This document shows positions 11,111-26,436 of a stretch of DNA of 32,000 nt, one piece after another. The number at the start of each line of letters is the position of its first letter. The first letter of the stretch is position 1. The DNA is from Candidatus Saccharimonadota bacterium (GTDB lineage: Bacteria; Patescibacteriota; Gracilibacteria; BD1-5; UBA6164), in assembly GCA_965227835.1 (NCBI GenBank), contig OZ245768.1, positions 1,380,001 through 1,412,000 on the forward strand, in the 5' to 3' direction. The translations under genes and the position numbers were made by a program. A model generated the notes under the pieces. That model searched no databases. It saw only the letters and a list, made by a program, of their open reading frames with translations, and was not told the DNA's origin.

Positions 11111-11401
11111 AACATTTATTTAAAATAATAAAAATAACTCTTTTAACCAATTTGGTTTTAATTTGAAAGAGATTTTATATAAAATATTAAAATATGCAAA
11201 AGTTTTCATTTTTTGTGTATTTTAAAAGGTAATATTAAATATTTTTATATCTATTTATATAAAAAGTATATATTGTTTTTTGACTTTTCTCACAAAACTA
11301 TTAGCCTGCTGTAAACAATAACTTTCAAGAAAAAATTAAAAAATCATCTCCTACTGCAATTTTTTCTTTTCAAAATATATTTAATAATTTCCAAATATTT
11401 T

Positions 11402-12265
11402 ATGAAAACTTCTATTTCTCATATCCCACAAGAAAATCAATTAGAGCTTTTGAAAGTAGTTGATTTAATCAGATGAGAATCAAAAAATAAATTAAAAGTT
11501 GAAATGATTATACTTTTTTGATCTTATGCTAGAGGAGAACAAGTTGTAAAAGATGTAGTTATGGAATGAAACAATAAATTGGAATATAGAAGTGATTTTG
11601 ATATTTTGGTTGTTACTAGAAAACCTTCTCAAGAGAGAAACCTAACTCTTTCTTATGAAATATCTAAAAAAATAAACCAAAGCAAAGAAATAAATACCCC
11701 AGTTAGTATTTTAATAGAAGATATATATCACATAAATGATAGATTAGGTGAAAATAGATATTTTTACTTAGATATTAAAAAGGAATGAATAATTTTATAT
11801 GATTCTTGAAAATGTATTCTTTGAGAAGCTAGAATATTAAGTGAGCAAGAGAAAATTGATTTACAAAAAGATGACTTTAATATGTGGTTTTTTTGATGAA
11901 AAAATTTTTTTAAATATTCAATAGATGCAATGGAGAAATGAAATTTAAATGATTCAGCTTTTTTACTCCATCAATCTGCAGAAAGGTATATATCAGCATT
12001 TTTACTAGTTTCAAATTGATATAAATCAAAAACACATGACCTACAAGTTTTATACAATAATATGATAAAACTTGATAAAGAATTTGAAACCTGGTTTGAT
12101 TTAGAAAATGAAAATAAATATTTTGTACTTTTGAAAAAAGCTTATGTAGATGCAAGATATTCCAAAAGTTATCAGATAAATAAGCAAGAAATCAAATATC
12201 TACATAAAAAAGTAGAGGTATTGGAAAGACTTGTTGAACAAAAATGCCTAAAAATTATCAATTAA
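11402..12265 (+). CDS. Fused minimal nucleotidyltransferase (MNT) plus HEPN domain protein
   Basis: N-terminal pol-beta-type NTase motif …ILFGSYARGEQ…SDFDILVV. The C-terminal helical HEPN-like domain has …FLLHQSAERYISAFLL… and …KKAYVDARYSKSY…. Track ORFs 11579-11788 and 12062-12265 are in the same frame. Confidence 0.75.
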
Positions 12266-12274
12266 CAAAAAATT

Positions 12275-12904
12275 ATGAAACCTAGAGAAAAACTTTTAAA
12301 ATATTGAGAGAAAAAATTGGAATGATGGGAATTAGTTGCTATTATATTATGATCTTGAATTAAATGACAAGATATATTCAAACTATCTAAGAAAACTTAC
12401 AAAATAATAAAAGAAAAAAGTGAAAATCTAAAAATGGAAAATCTTTTGGCAATAAAATGAATATGAAAAGTGAAGGCAATACAAATAATTTGAGCTTTTG
12501 AACTAGTAAATAGACATATTAACAAAGATTTTTTTTACATAAACTCTAGCAATGACATAATAGAATGTGTAAAAGATTACAGGGATAGAAAACAAGAATA
12601 TTTGCTCTGCATAACACTTGATTGAGCTAATAGATTTATAAAAAAAAGAATCATAACTATAGGTTTACTAAATGAAAGTTTGATACATCCAAGAGAGATA
12701 TTTTCTAGTGCTATAGAAGATAGAGCTAATAGCATAGTGGTTGTCCATAATCATCCTTCTTGAATGGCTGAACCATCAAAAGCTGATATAAATTCCACTA
12801 TAAGACTAAAAGAGGTTTCAAACACTATATGAATAAAACTATTAGATCATATAATAATAACAAAAAATAATTATTTTAGTTTTGCAGAAAATAACTTATT
12901 ATAA
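12275..12904 (+). CDS. radC: RadC-like JAB-domain protein
   Basis: N-terminal HhH-like region (…[21 protein letters not shown]…) and JAMM motif …[25 protein letters not shown]…. Confidence 0.85.
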
Positions 12905-12932
12905 TCCAATTTAATTTTTAAAAATATTTCTT

Positions 12933-13499
12933 ATGGAAAACATATCATCAAAAGAAGAAATAATGTCTTTGGTAGACAAATACTCTAATTCTACAAAACA
13001 GCATTTATTACAAGTTTGAACTATAATGCAATATTTCGCAGAAAAAATATGAGAAGACCCATTATACTGGTGGACAGTTTGAGTGTTACATGATATAGAT
13101 CGGGATTATGTAGAAAAAGATTCAAGCAGACACTTAAAAGATGATTTTGAAAAAATAATCTCTGAGATTAGTGTTTCTGAAAATATTATATGAGACATAA
13201 GATCACATGGTTATTTTTTGGATTGAATACAAGAAAATCCTGATAATTTAGTTAGAAAATATCTCTGTAGTATTGATGAGCTATCTTGATTTATTTGGGC
13301 ATATTTTCGTATGATACCAAGTGAAGATGTAATGGATATAAAATCAAAATCTATAAAAAAGAAACTTAAAGACAAGAGTTTTGCTGCTTGAGTTGACAGA
13401 GAAGAGGCAAGACAATGTGAAAAATTACTTGAAATATCAATTGATGAATTTATAGAAGACATAAAACTCGCTTTGAAAGATTGAAACTGGACTAAATAA
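12933..13499 (+). CDS. HD-domain hydrolase family protein
   Basis: …HLLQVGTIMQYFAEKIG…WWTVGVLHDIDRDY… (H…HD signature); 188 aa with TGA=Gly. Confidence 0.65.
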
Positions 13500-13710
13500 A
13501 AATTATAAAAGATATTTCTTATAATTTATACAAAGTTTGTAAATATAAATTTAGGATTTTAGAGCTTCAAAAATTTATAATTTAAAAGCATTTAAAAAAT
13601 TTTAAGTATTTAACAGAAGTTTATATGTTATCTAGAAAAGGGTTTTTTGAATAAAAACTTCTTTTTTAAACAATTTTTTTTTAAAGACCGTGGTAAAAGT
13701 AAGTTTTTTC

Positions 13711-13738
13711 TTGATTATATAAAACTACAAGTTAAAAT
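13711..13738 (+). promoter_or_regulatory. Candidate sigma-70-like promoter for gyrB (TTGATT-N16-TAAAAT)
   Basis: The hexamers at 13711-13716 and 13733-13738 lie 32 nt upstream of the gyrB ATG. Sequence pattern only. Confidence 0.3.
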
Positions 13739-13770
13739 AATCAAAAATTAATTCTTTATATTTTTAATTT

Positions 13771-15675
<1,905 letters not shown>

Positions 15676-15995
15676 GTTTTTTATTTCTAAGAGACAATAT
15701 TGAAAAAACCCTTAATTAACCTCCTAATCACATTTATTCAAGGTACCAGTTTTTATGAAAATCATATTTAGTTTTTATTTTAAATAAGAATATACTGAAC
15801 TTATTTTTAGTGTTTTTTATACTTCATAAATAATCTATTATAAGCCAATTTTACTTTACAAAATTCAGTCAAATATAAAGCCTCTGAATTTAATCACATA
15901 AATTTAAGGCATTAACCATAAAATACAAAAAACTGAGAGATCTTGAGCATTGAGTTTTAAATTATTTTTGAATTTCATCTAATAGAATAACTATT

Positions 15996-16136
15996 ATATT
16001 TAAATGGATTTTTTATTTCTCTCTCTTGAAAATTAATTATCAGTAAGCAGTTTATTGTATTAGAAAATAATAGTTATTATCTAAGAGGGATATCATATTT
16101 TCTTCTTAACTAATTGTGCTTCATTTCTTACTTTGG
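15996..16136 (-). mobile_element. Degenerate partial copy of the IS30-family element end (terminal repeat, 5' UTR and first codons, ATG lost)
   Basis: About 140 bp align by eye with 23490-23630. Shared blocks include TTCTCTCTCTTG, ATTAGAAAATAAT, ATATTTTCTTCT and CTTCATTTCTTACTTTGG. Similarity ends at the same terminal GG. Confidence 0.65.
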
Positions 16137-16153
16137 TTCCTATAAAATTCAAT

Positions 16154-16181
16154 TTGACATATAATGAAAAATTTATAAACT
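16154..16181 (+). promoter_or_regulatory. Candidate promoter of the tRNA cluster (TTGACA-N16-TAAACT)
   Basis: TTGACA at 16154-16159 and TAAACT at 16176-16181, followed by CC. The architecture matches the element upstream of the 16S gene. Confidence 0.45.
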
Positions 16182-16222
16182 CCTTCATACTTACCTCAAA
16201 ATAGGTATTTTTGGTTCTATTT

Positions 16223-16297
16223 TCCTCCGTAGCTCAGCGGTAGAGTAGATGGCTGTTAACCATTTGGTCACTGGTTCGAATCCAGTCGGGGGAGCCA
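16223..16297 (+). tRNA. tRNA-Asn (anticodon GTT), CCA encoded
   Basis: Cloverleaf folded by hand: acceptor TCCTCCG/CGGGGGA, anticodon loop CTGTTAA, T-arm ACTGG TTCGAAT CCAGT. Confidence 0.9.
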
Positions 16298-16303
16298 TAG
16301 AAC

Positions 16304-16368
16304 AGAACTTAGAATTGAGAATTATAAACAATACTTTAATTAAGTTTAAATTTTCAATTCTAAGTTCT
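16304..16368 (+). other. 15-bp perfect hairpin (AGAACTTAGAATTGA … TCAATTCTAAGTTCT) in the tRNA-Asn/tRNA-Ser spacer, followed by TTTT
   Basis: The arms at 16304-16318 and 16354-16368 are exact reverse complements with a 35-nt AT-rich loop. Confidence 0.6.
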
Positions 16369-16372
16369 TTTT

Positions 16373-16462
16373 GGAGAGATGGCTGAGTGGTCGAAGGCGA
16401 CGGTCTTGAAAACCGTTGTGTTACTTGTGACACCCAGGGTTCGAATCCCTGTCTCTCCGCCA
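16373..16462 (+). tRNA. tRNA-Ser (anticodon TGA, reads UCN), long variable arm, CCA encoded
   Basis: GGAGAGATGGCTGAGTGGTCGAAGGCG…CTTGAAA…GGTTCGAATCCCTGTCTCTCCGCCA. Confidence 0.9.
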
Positions 16463-16482
16463 ATTCAAAACTAAATTTTTGA

Positions 16483-16572
16483 GGAAGGGTGCCAGAGTGG
16501 CTGAATGGGCTCCCCTGCTAAGGGAGTGAACCCTTTCGGGTTCCGTGGGTTCGAATCCCATCCCTTCCGCCA
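16483..16572 (+). tRNA. tRNA-Ser (anticodon GCT), long variable arm, CCA encoded
   Basis: GGAAGGGTGCCAGAGTGGCTGAATGGG…CTGCTAA…GGTTCGAATCCCATCCCTTCCGCCA. Confidence 0.9.
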
Positions 16573-16586
16573 TTTTAATTCCTTAG

Positions 16587-16662
16587 GGGCCTGTAGCTCA
16601 GTGGTTAGAGCAGTTGGCTCATAACCAATTGGTCGTTGGTTCAATTCCAACCAGGCCCACCA
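16587..16662 (+). tRNA. tRNA with CAT anticodon (elongator Met type; lysidine-modified Ile2 not excluded)
   Basis: Acceptor GGGCCTG/CAGGCCC, anticodon loop CTCATAA. It lacks the initiator hallmarks (1:72 mismatch, three G-C pairs in the anticodon stem). Confidence 0.85.
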
Positions 16663-16699
16663 TAAAATTTGTTGTAAAACTAGTTTAAATTAAAAATTT

Positions 16700-16727
16700 T
16701 TGACAAAGAAAAATATTTTTATAAACT
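16700..16727 (+). promoter_or_regulatory. Candidate rrn promoter (TTGACA-N16-TAAACT)
   Basis: TTGACA at 16700-16705 and TAAACT at 16722-16727, followed by CCT, about 220 nt upstream of the 16S 5' end. Confidence 0.45.
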
Positions 16728-16870
16728 CCTCTTGCTTTTTCGGGGAGGCAGTATTTGTTTAAACATTTTTTAGCATAAGAATTAATGCTTTTAATTTTTT
16801 AAATACATATGATTTAGCTTGTTTGAAAGCATTGAGGGGATATATATAAAACAAGAATTTTTAAAATATC

Positions 16871-16883
16871 GTTCTTTAAAATA
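16871..16883 (+). promoter_or_regulatory. boxA-like antitermination element (GTTCTTTAAAATA) in the 16S leader
   Basis: It resembles the enterobacterial boxA TGCTCTTTAACAA. An identical 13-mer recurs in the 16S-23S spacer. Confidence 0.45.
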
Positions 16884-16949
16884 AACAAAATATTAGAAGA
16901 AAACTTTAAAAAACAATGTACTAAAAATTGAAACAAAATTCATTTTTTA

Positions 16950-18440
<1,491 letters not shown>

Positions 18441-18492
18441 TCATATTTTTAGTATATATAATGTTTTTTCTTCTAATATTTTGTTTATTTTT

Positions 18493-18505
18493 GTTCTTTA
18501 AAATA
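18493..18505 (+). promoter_or_regulatory. Second boxA-like element (GTTCTTTAAAATA) in the 16S-23S spacer
   Basis: Identical to 16871-16883. The spacer carries no tRNA. Confidence 0.45.
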
Positions 18506-18554
18506 CTTTGAATAAATAGAAATAGTTAGTAAATTTAGAATAATTAATAGTTTT

Positions 18555-21508
<2,954 letters not shown>

Positions 21509-21690
21509 TTAACAATTGTTTATTTTATTTGCTAGCTGTTTCTATTTATTCAATAATATTTTTAGTTTTTGTAAAATAATAAATTTTTTAAGTAATTTTT
21601 GAGAAATTTTAATACAAAAAACCTTTATTTTTTTAAGATAAACTTTCTATAACTTTTAGTTTAAATTTCAAAAAGATTTTGATGTTATTA

Positions 21691-21807
21691 TCTTGGTTGT
21701 TATAACGGTTGGGGTACACCTGTTCCCATCTCGAACACAGAAGTTAAGTCAACTAGTGCTTATGGTAGTGCATTTCGTAAATGTGCGAGAGTAGGTAGCA
21801 ATCAAGA
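21691..21807 (+). rRNA. rrf: 5S ribosomal RNA
   Basis: TCTTGGTTGTTATAACGGTTGGGGTACACCTGTTCCCATCTCGAACACAGAAGTTAAG…GAGAGTAGGTAGCAATCAAGA. The terminal helix pairs TCTTGGTTG with CAATCAAGA. Confidence 0.9.
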
Positions 21808-22116
21808 TTATGATATTAAAATAAATGTACTTTTGATTAGTTGTTAAAATTTTATATTGCAGTATATTTTAATTCTTTAGAGTGGATTTATATTTTTAAG
21901 TGTCAATTTTTTTAAAAATATAGCTATTTTAAAGTTTTAAATTCTATACTTTTATTTTTTCTAAAAATCAACTAATCATAAGTTTTAGTTTTTTAAGGAA
22001 ATTTTAAAGAATTTTTTAATACTTGATAAAATAATAAATTTTTTGGGGTCTCCTTAATAGTTCTTTCTTTTTTAGCTATAGCAGTTATTTTACTTTTACA
22101 ACTTTCTGCTCTATAA

Positions 22117-22192
22117 GCACGAGTAGCTCAGTTGGAAGAGCAGCGCCCTTCTAAGGCGAAGGTCACAGGTTCGAGCCCTGTCTCGTGTACCA
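22117..22192 (+). tRNA. tRNA-Arg (anticodon TCT), CCA encoded
   Basis: GCACGAGTAGCTCAGTTGGAAGAGC…CTTCTAA…GGTTCGAGCCCTGTCTCGTGTACCA. Confidence 0.9.
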
Positions 22193-22229
22193 TTTTAATT
22201 TGATAGTCTTATTTATTGATACTATATTT

Positions 22230-22306
22230 GGGTGATTAGCTCAGTTGGCGAGAGCATCTGCCTTACAAGCAGGGGGTCATAGGTTCGAATCCTATATCAC
22301 CCACCA
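22230..22306 (+). tRNA. tRNA-Val (anticodon TAC), CCA encoded
   Basis: GGGTGATTAGCTCAGTTGGCGAGAGC…CTTACAA…GGTTCGAATCCTATATCACCCACCA. Confidence 0.9.
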
Positions 22307-22317
22307 TAATGAATTTT

Positions 22318-22357
22318 AAAAAAACCATTAGTTTTAATTAAAGCTATTGGTTTTTTT
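22318..22357 (+). terminator. Probable terminator hairpin after the rrn/tRNA unit
   Basis: AAAAAAACCATTAG…CTATTGGTTTTTTT: imperfect stem (one mismatch) followed by a T-run. Confidence 0.45.
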
Positions 22358-22447
22358 GATTTTAATATTCTAGAGTTAATATCAAAAACATGTGTTAATT
22401 ATATAAATTTTTTATTTTTTTAAGTATAGTACATTGCAAAATAGCCT

Positions 22448-23630
22448 CCTGAATTAAACCCCGAAGTGCAATTTTTTAAATGAACTTAAAGAAGAAAATA
22501 TAGCATTAAGAAATTTTTTATTTTTGAGATTATAAAAAATTTTGTTATAATTCCAAATACAACATTAAGATTGTGAAAAGTGTGCTTGATTAGGGGAAAT
22601 AAATCAAAGTATTTCTCTAGGAGTATTTGCTAATATATCGCAAATACTTTTTATTTTTTCATCACTTACATAATCAAATATAGTTCATTTAGGAAAAAAT
22701 CTCCTGATAATCCTATTTAAATTCTCAACACTTCACTTCTGCCAAGAAGAATAAGGTTCACAAAAGTAAGTATCTATTCATATATCATTTAATAAATAAT
22801 GCTTAGCAAATTCCATTCAATTATCAAAAGTAACAGATTTAATTCATATATCATCTTTAACTCAAGCTATTAGATTAATTATATTTTCACTTGATTTATC
22901 TTTTATTTTAAAAATTTTAGGTAACCTAGTCTTTCTATCAACCAATGTAAGTATAGCTCATTTAAATCATTTTTTAGAAACAATTAAATCAGCTTCAATA
23001 TGTCATTTTTCTTCTCTGTTATTTATTGTTTCAGGTCTATTTTTAATACTAACTCTATTTTTAATTTTCACTCTTTCTGTTTGTTGTTTTTTCTTTCTAT
23101 AACCTTTATGTTTATATAATAATAGTTCTTTATATTTATTTCACATACCAGTTTCTAGCCAAGAATATATACTTGTATGGGAGATATGTTTCTTTTTATC
23201 TGTTTGAGTATTATTCCGTTTCTTAGCAATTGTTTTTGGGGACATTTGTATTTCTGTTATTGATAGTTGTTCTATTATGAAATTTTTCATATTAGTATTC
23301 ATATTTATCTTCATTGATTGAGTTTTTGTTAACCATCGTCTTTGATATGATTTGATTTCTGCTTCTAGTGCTAAATATACTTTTTTATTGTTTCATCGTT
23401 TTTTTACTGAATTTCTGTATATCTCTCTGCTTATTGTTGATTCTGATCTTTTTAGTATTGATGCTATATCTTTTTTCTTTAATCATTTATTTAAATGAAA
23501 TTCAATACTTTCTCTCTCTTGGAATATTAATTGTCAGTACATATCTTATTATATTAGAAAATAATGTTATTACCCTACGGGGAATACTATATTTTCTTCT
23601 CTTTTAATTGCACTTCATTTCTTACTTTGG
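22448..23630 (-). mobile_element. Intact IS30-family insertion sequence (about 1.18 kb)
   Basis: Single transposase ORF. Imperfect terminal inverted repeats share GAAGTGCAATT…AGAAGAAAATATAG (left 22463 onward; right, reverse complement, 23616 downward). GCCT occurs immediately outside both proposed ends (22444-22447 and 23631-23634), a possible target-site duplication. Boundaries are good to a few bp. Confidence 0.8.
22565..23542 (-). CDS. IS30-family DDE transposase (325 aa)
   Basis: Code-25 frame MYGQLIFQERESIEFHLNKGLKKKDIASILKRSESTISREIYRN… (HTH). Catalytic region …EEKGHIEADLIVSKKGFKGAILTLVDRKTR…SVTFDNGMEFAKH…FCEPYSSWQKGSVENLNRIIRRFFPKGT…LANTPREILGFISPNQ. It contains many in-frame TGA codons and is invisible in the standard-code track. 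Confidence 0.9.
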
Positions 23631-23675
23631 GCCTTTTTGAATACTATCAAATCGAATAAATCATGATAAATATAA

Positions 23676-25514
23676 ATGGCAATTTGAGAAATAAACATCA
23701 AGTGAGTAGTAAGTGATATCAAGAATACATCTGTGTATTATTCTGTTTTTGAATGAATTGTAAATGGTATTCATGCTTTTGAAAAATCATCAAAAGATAA
23801 ATGAAAAATTGATATTCAAGTTATTAGGAGTAATCAAACTAGATTATGAACATCAGAAGATGATTGACTAGAGGATATAGAATCTTTCATTATTTCCGAT
23901 AATTGAGTTTGATTCAATAGTGAAAACCAGAAATCTTTTCGAACATTTAAAAGTGACTATAAACTAGAAAGTCATTGAGGTAAATGATTTTGACGTTTTT
24001 TTTATCTAAAATTCTTTGAAAAAGTTAGTTTCGAAAGTGTTTATGAAGATGAATGAGAAAAAAAGAGAATCACTTTTTCTTTTGATATTAATGCAAATGA
24101 CATGATGTCTAATCCTGTCATCTCTGTAGTTGATAAAAATACTGAAACAGGCACAAAACTAAAATTACAAAGTTTAAAAAAGAAATATAGCACAAAACTT
24201 AATTCCCAAAGTAAGAAGATTCCAACTTTATGAAGAAAACTATTAGAACATTTATTAATGTACTTTGTAAATGACGATTTTAATTGTCCAGATATTGATA
24301 TTTTTGATTCTCATGATAGAGAGAATTTGAATAATATGATAGGAGAAAAAAAGGATATAAGTGTTATACACAATAATAAAATCTTCTTGAAGAAAAATGA
24401 AAAAAAAACCGAGGAAACAGAATTTTGATTTAAAATTTTTAAAGTGAAGTATTCAGTTGAGAGTAACACTATAAGCTTATGTGCACATAATAGAGTAGTA
24501 ATAGACGAAAATTTAGGTAAGTTCCTACCTGATTTTAACCAAAAATTAAAAGAAGTTTCAAATAAAAAAGAAAATAATTACGCAATTAAATGTTATATAT
24601 ACGGAAACTACCTTGATAATAATGTTGATACTGAGAGAGAAAGTTTCAACTTTATTAAGGATGATGAAATATTTGAGGGTGTAATTCTAGATAGAGATAT
24701 TTTCAATGCTGCTACGAAAGAAATAAAGAATTTATATCAGAACTTCTTAAAGTGTCAAAAAGAAATCAAAATAAATAATGTAAAGAGCTTTATAAACAAT
24801 AAAGCTCCTTGGTATAGTAGTTTATTTAAAAGCTTTGATTTTAATACTATTGATTCAAGCATATCTGAAGATATGTTGGATTCAAAATTTCATGAATTAA
24901 AATATACAAAAGAAAAGGAAACGAAACTAAAAACTAATACATTTGTAAAGAGTAGTGATTTCTCAAATAAAGATGAGATCAGAGATTTGGTATTATCTTT
25001 AGACGACCTTGTAAAAACTGATTTAGCTCATTATGTGGCAACAAGAAAATTTACACTTGATTTACTTGATAAATCTCTTGAATGGGATGAAAATACAAAG
25101 AAATATAAATCAGAAGATAGTCTACATACTATCATATTTCCAACTAAGAATGATACAGATACAGTAGATTACAAGGATCATAATATGTGGGTACTTGATG
25201 AAAAGTTAGCATTTTCTGACTATATATCATCTGATATTCCCTTAAATTCATGAAAATCCGAAAGAGGAGACGTGATTATTTTTGATAAAAAGATAGCTTT
25301 TCGATGAGAGAATAATAGTTCAAATCCTATTACTATATTTGAATTTAAAAAACCTTGAAGGGAAGATTTTGTAAATCCATCCTCACATGAAGACCCTATT
25401 CAGCAAATAATTAGGTATGCAAATAACATTGTTGATTGAAAATACAAAACTCCAAAGTGAAAAAATATTCAAGTTGCTGAAAATACACCCTTTTATTTCA
25501 ACACATCGGGATAA
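23676..25514 (+). pseudogene. 5' part (about 607 native codons) of a GHKL/Bergerat-fold ATPase with a C-terminal PD-(D/E)xK-like module, truncated by an IS200-type insertion
   Basis: Frame walked codon by codon from ATG 23676. N-box-like FEGIVNGIHA; G1 box ISDNGVGF (23898-23915 encodes DNGVGF); G2 box HGGKGFGRF (23976-23996 region). A long helical middle follows (the track ORF 24444-25253 is an internal piece). Then …HTIIFP…ERGDVIIFD…ITIFEFKKPGRED…QQIIRYANN…TPFY. The frame then runs into IS sequence and stops at TAA 25512-25514. Confidence 0.75.
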
Positions 25515-26189
25515 AAACCCCTATCTTTAGATAGTTAAGACACCGAAGGTGTAAGTGATAGAAATTGAATAAATGAGATGTGTTGTGACATAGGGTTTTA
25601 AACCCCGTTGCCTTCAGGCCGATTCTAAAGAAAAAAGTGTAAAAAATCAATAGAATAAATAAAATAGTGTTAAAAACTAACACTAGAGAGAATGAAATAC
25701 CAAAAAAGTAGTCATGCGACATATGATGTCAGATACCATATAGTATGGATAACAAAATACAGAAATCCATTCATGACAAAAGAGATACAAGATAGATTGG
25801 AAAAGATCATAAGATGAATAAGTAAAAAGCTATGAGTAATAATAATAAAGATATGAATGGAAGAAGATCATGTACATATGTATTGTAGGATACCGTTAAC
25901 TAAACCAATATCTACAATAGTATGACATATAAAGTGAGAAAGTTCTAAGGCAATAAAGAGGTATTTTTACAAAGAAATTAAGAGATGGTATTGGAAGACA
26001 TGAAATATATGGTGAGTATGATATTTTGTATCTAGTGTATGAGAGATAAATTGAGAAATAATATCTAATTATGTGGAACAACAGTGAGAAGAAGAGAATA
26101 AGATTGAAGAGATAGAGCTTTAAATTTCAGTACAAATAAAAGCCCCGTGCCTTCAGGCCGGGGTAGAAGAAAAGCTAAAACTTTTTTAC
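25497..26189 (+). mobile_element. IS200-type (IS200/IS605 family, tnpA only) insertion sequence, about 0.69 kb
   Basis: A Y1 transposase gene is flanked by subterminal hairpin-forming sequences: CCCCGTTGCCTTCAGGCCG at about 25604-25622 and CCCCGTGCCTTCAGGCCGGGG at about 26143-26163. Removing 25497-26189 rejoins the host reading frame (…PFY|GYVVC…). Ends uncertain by about 10 bp. Confidence 0.8.
25692..26123 (+). CDS. tnpA: IS200/IS605-family Y1 (HUH) transposase TnpA (143 aa)
   Basis: MKYQKSSHATYDVRYHIVWITKYRNPFMT…EEDHVHMYCRIP…GHIKGESSKAIK…WGVGYFVSSVGEINGEIISNYVEQQ: the HUH motif (HVHM) and the C-terminal Tyr-containing helix. At least ten in-frame TGA=Gly codons. Confidence 0.9.
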
Positions 26190-26393
26190 TGATATGTTGT
26201 TTGTACTCTAACAGAAAAGGTAAAAAGTTGGCTAAAAAGAGAGAAAAACTTTAAAGTTATGCCTGATGGTCAATGATATTTTGATTGGTATGATAATAAT
26301 AATCTATATATAGAAGTGCTTGATTGGGATAAGGTAGTGAATGATTCAAGGATGAGAAATAAAATATTTTTTGATAAACTTAAGGTCGAATAA
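26190..26393 (+). pseudogene. 3' remnant (67 codons) of the IS-split GHKL ATPase/nuclease-like gene
   Basis: GYVVCTLTEKVKSWLKREKNFKVMPDGQGYFDWYDNNNLYIEVLDWDKVVNDSRMRNKIFFDKLKVE*. It is in the same frame phase as the 5' part once the IS is removed. Confidence 0.7.
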
Positions 26394-26436
26394 TAAAAAT
26401 GAATAAAAAATCTAAATTTATCGTTCAGTCTTGATT

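Noticed and set aside
15996-16136. Possible CRISPR or other short tandem-repeat array around the rrn locus
   Set aside because: The repeated sequence occurs as only two long (about 140 bp), diverged copies. It corresponds to the end of the IS30 element. No regularly spaced short repeats occur anywhere in the window.
16373-16462. The tRNA with anticodon TGA as the agent of TGA recoding
   Set aside because: An anticodon UGA reads UCN serine codons, and this molecule has the long variable arm of a tRNA-Ser. Decoding the TGA codon needs a tRNA-Gly with a UCA anticodon, which is not in this window.
18441-18554. A tRNA gene in the 16S-23S spacer, or introns in the rRNA genes
   Set aside because: The spacer is about 115 nt of A/T-rich sequence with no cloverleaf. 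The 16S (about 1.49 kb) and 23S (about 2.95 kb) lengths are normal, and conserved segments follow each other without gaps.
24444-25253. The 269-aa ORF as an independent GTG-initiated gene
   Set aside because: The same frame stays open upstream through many TGA codons back to ATG 23676, and downstream to 25514. The ORF is an internal segment of the GHKL ATPase gene.
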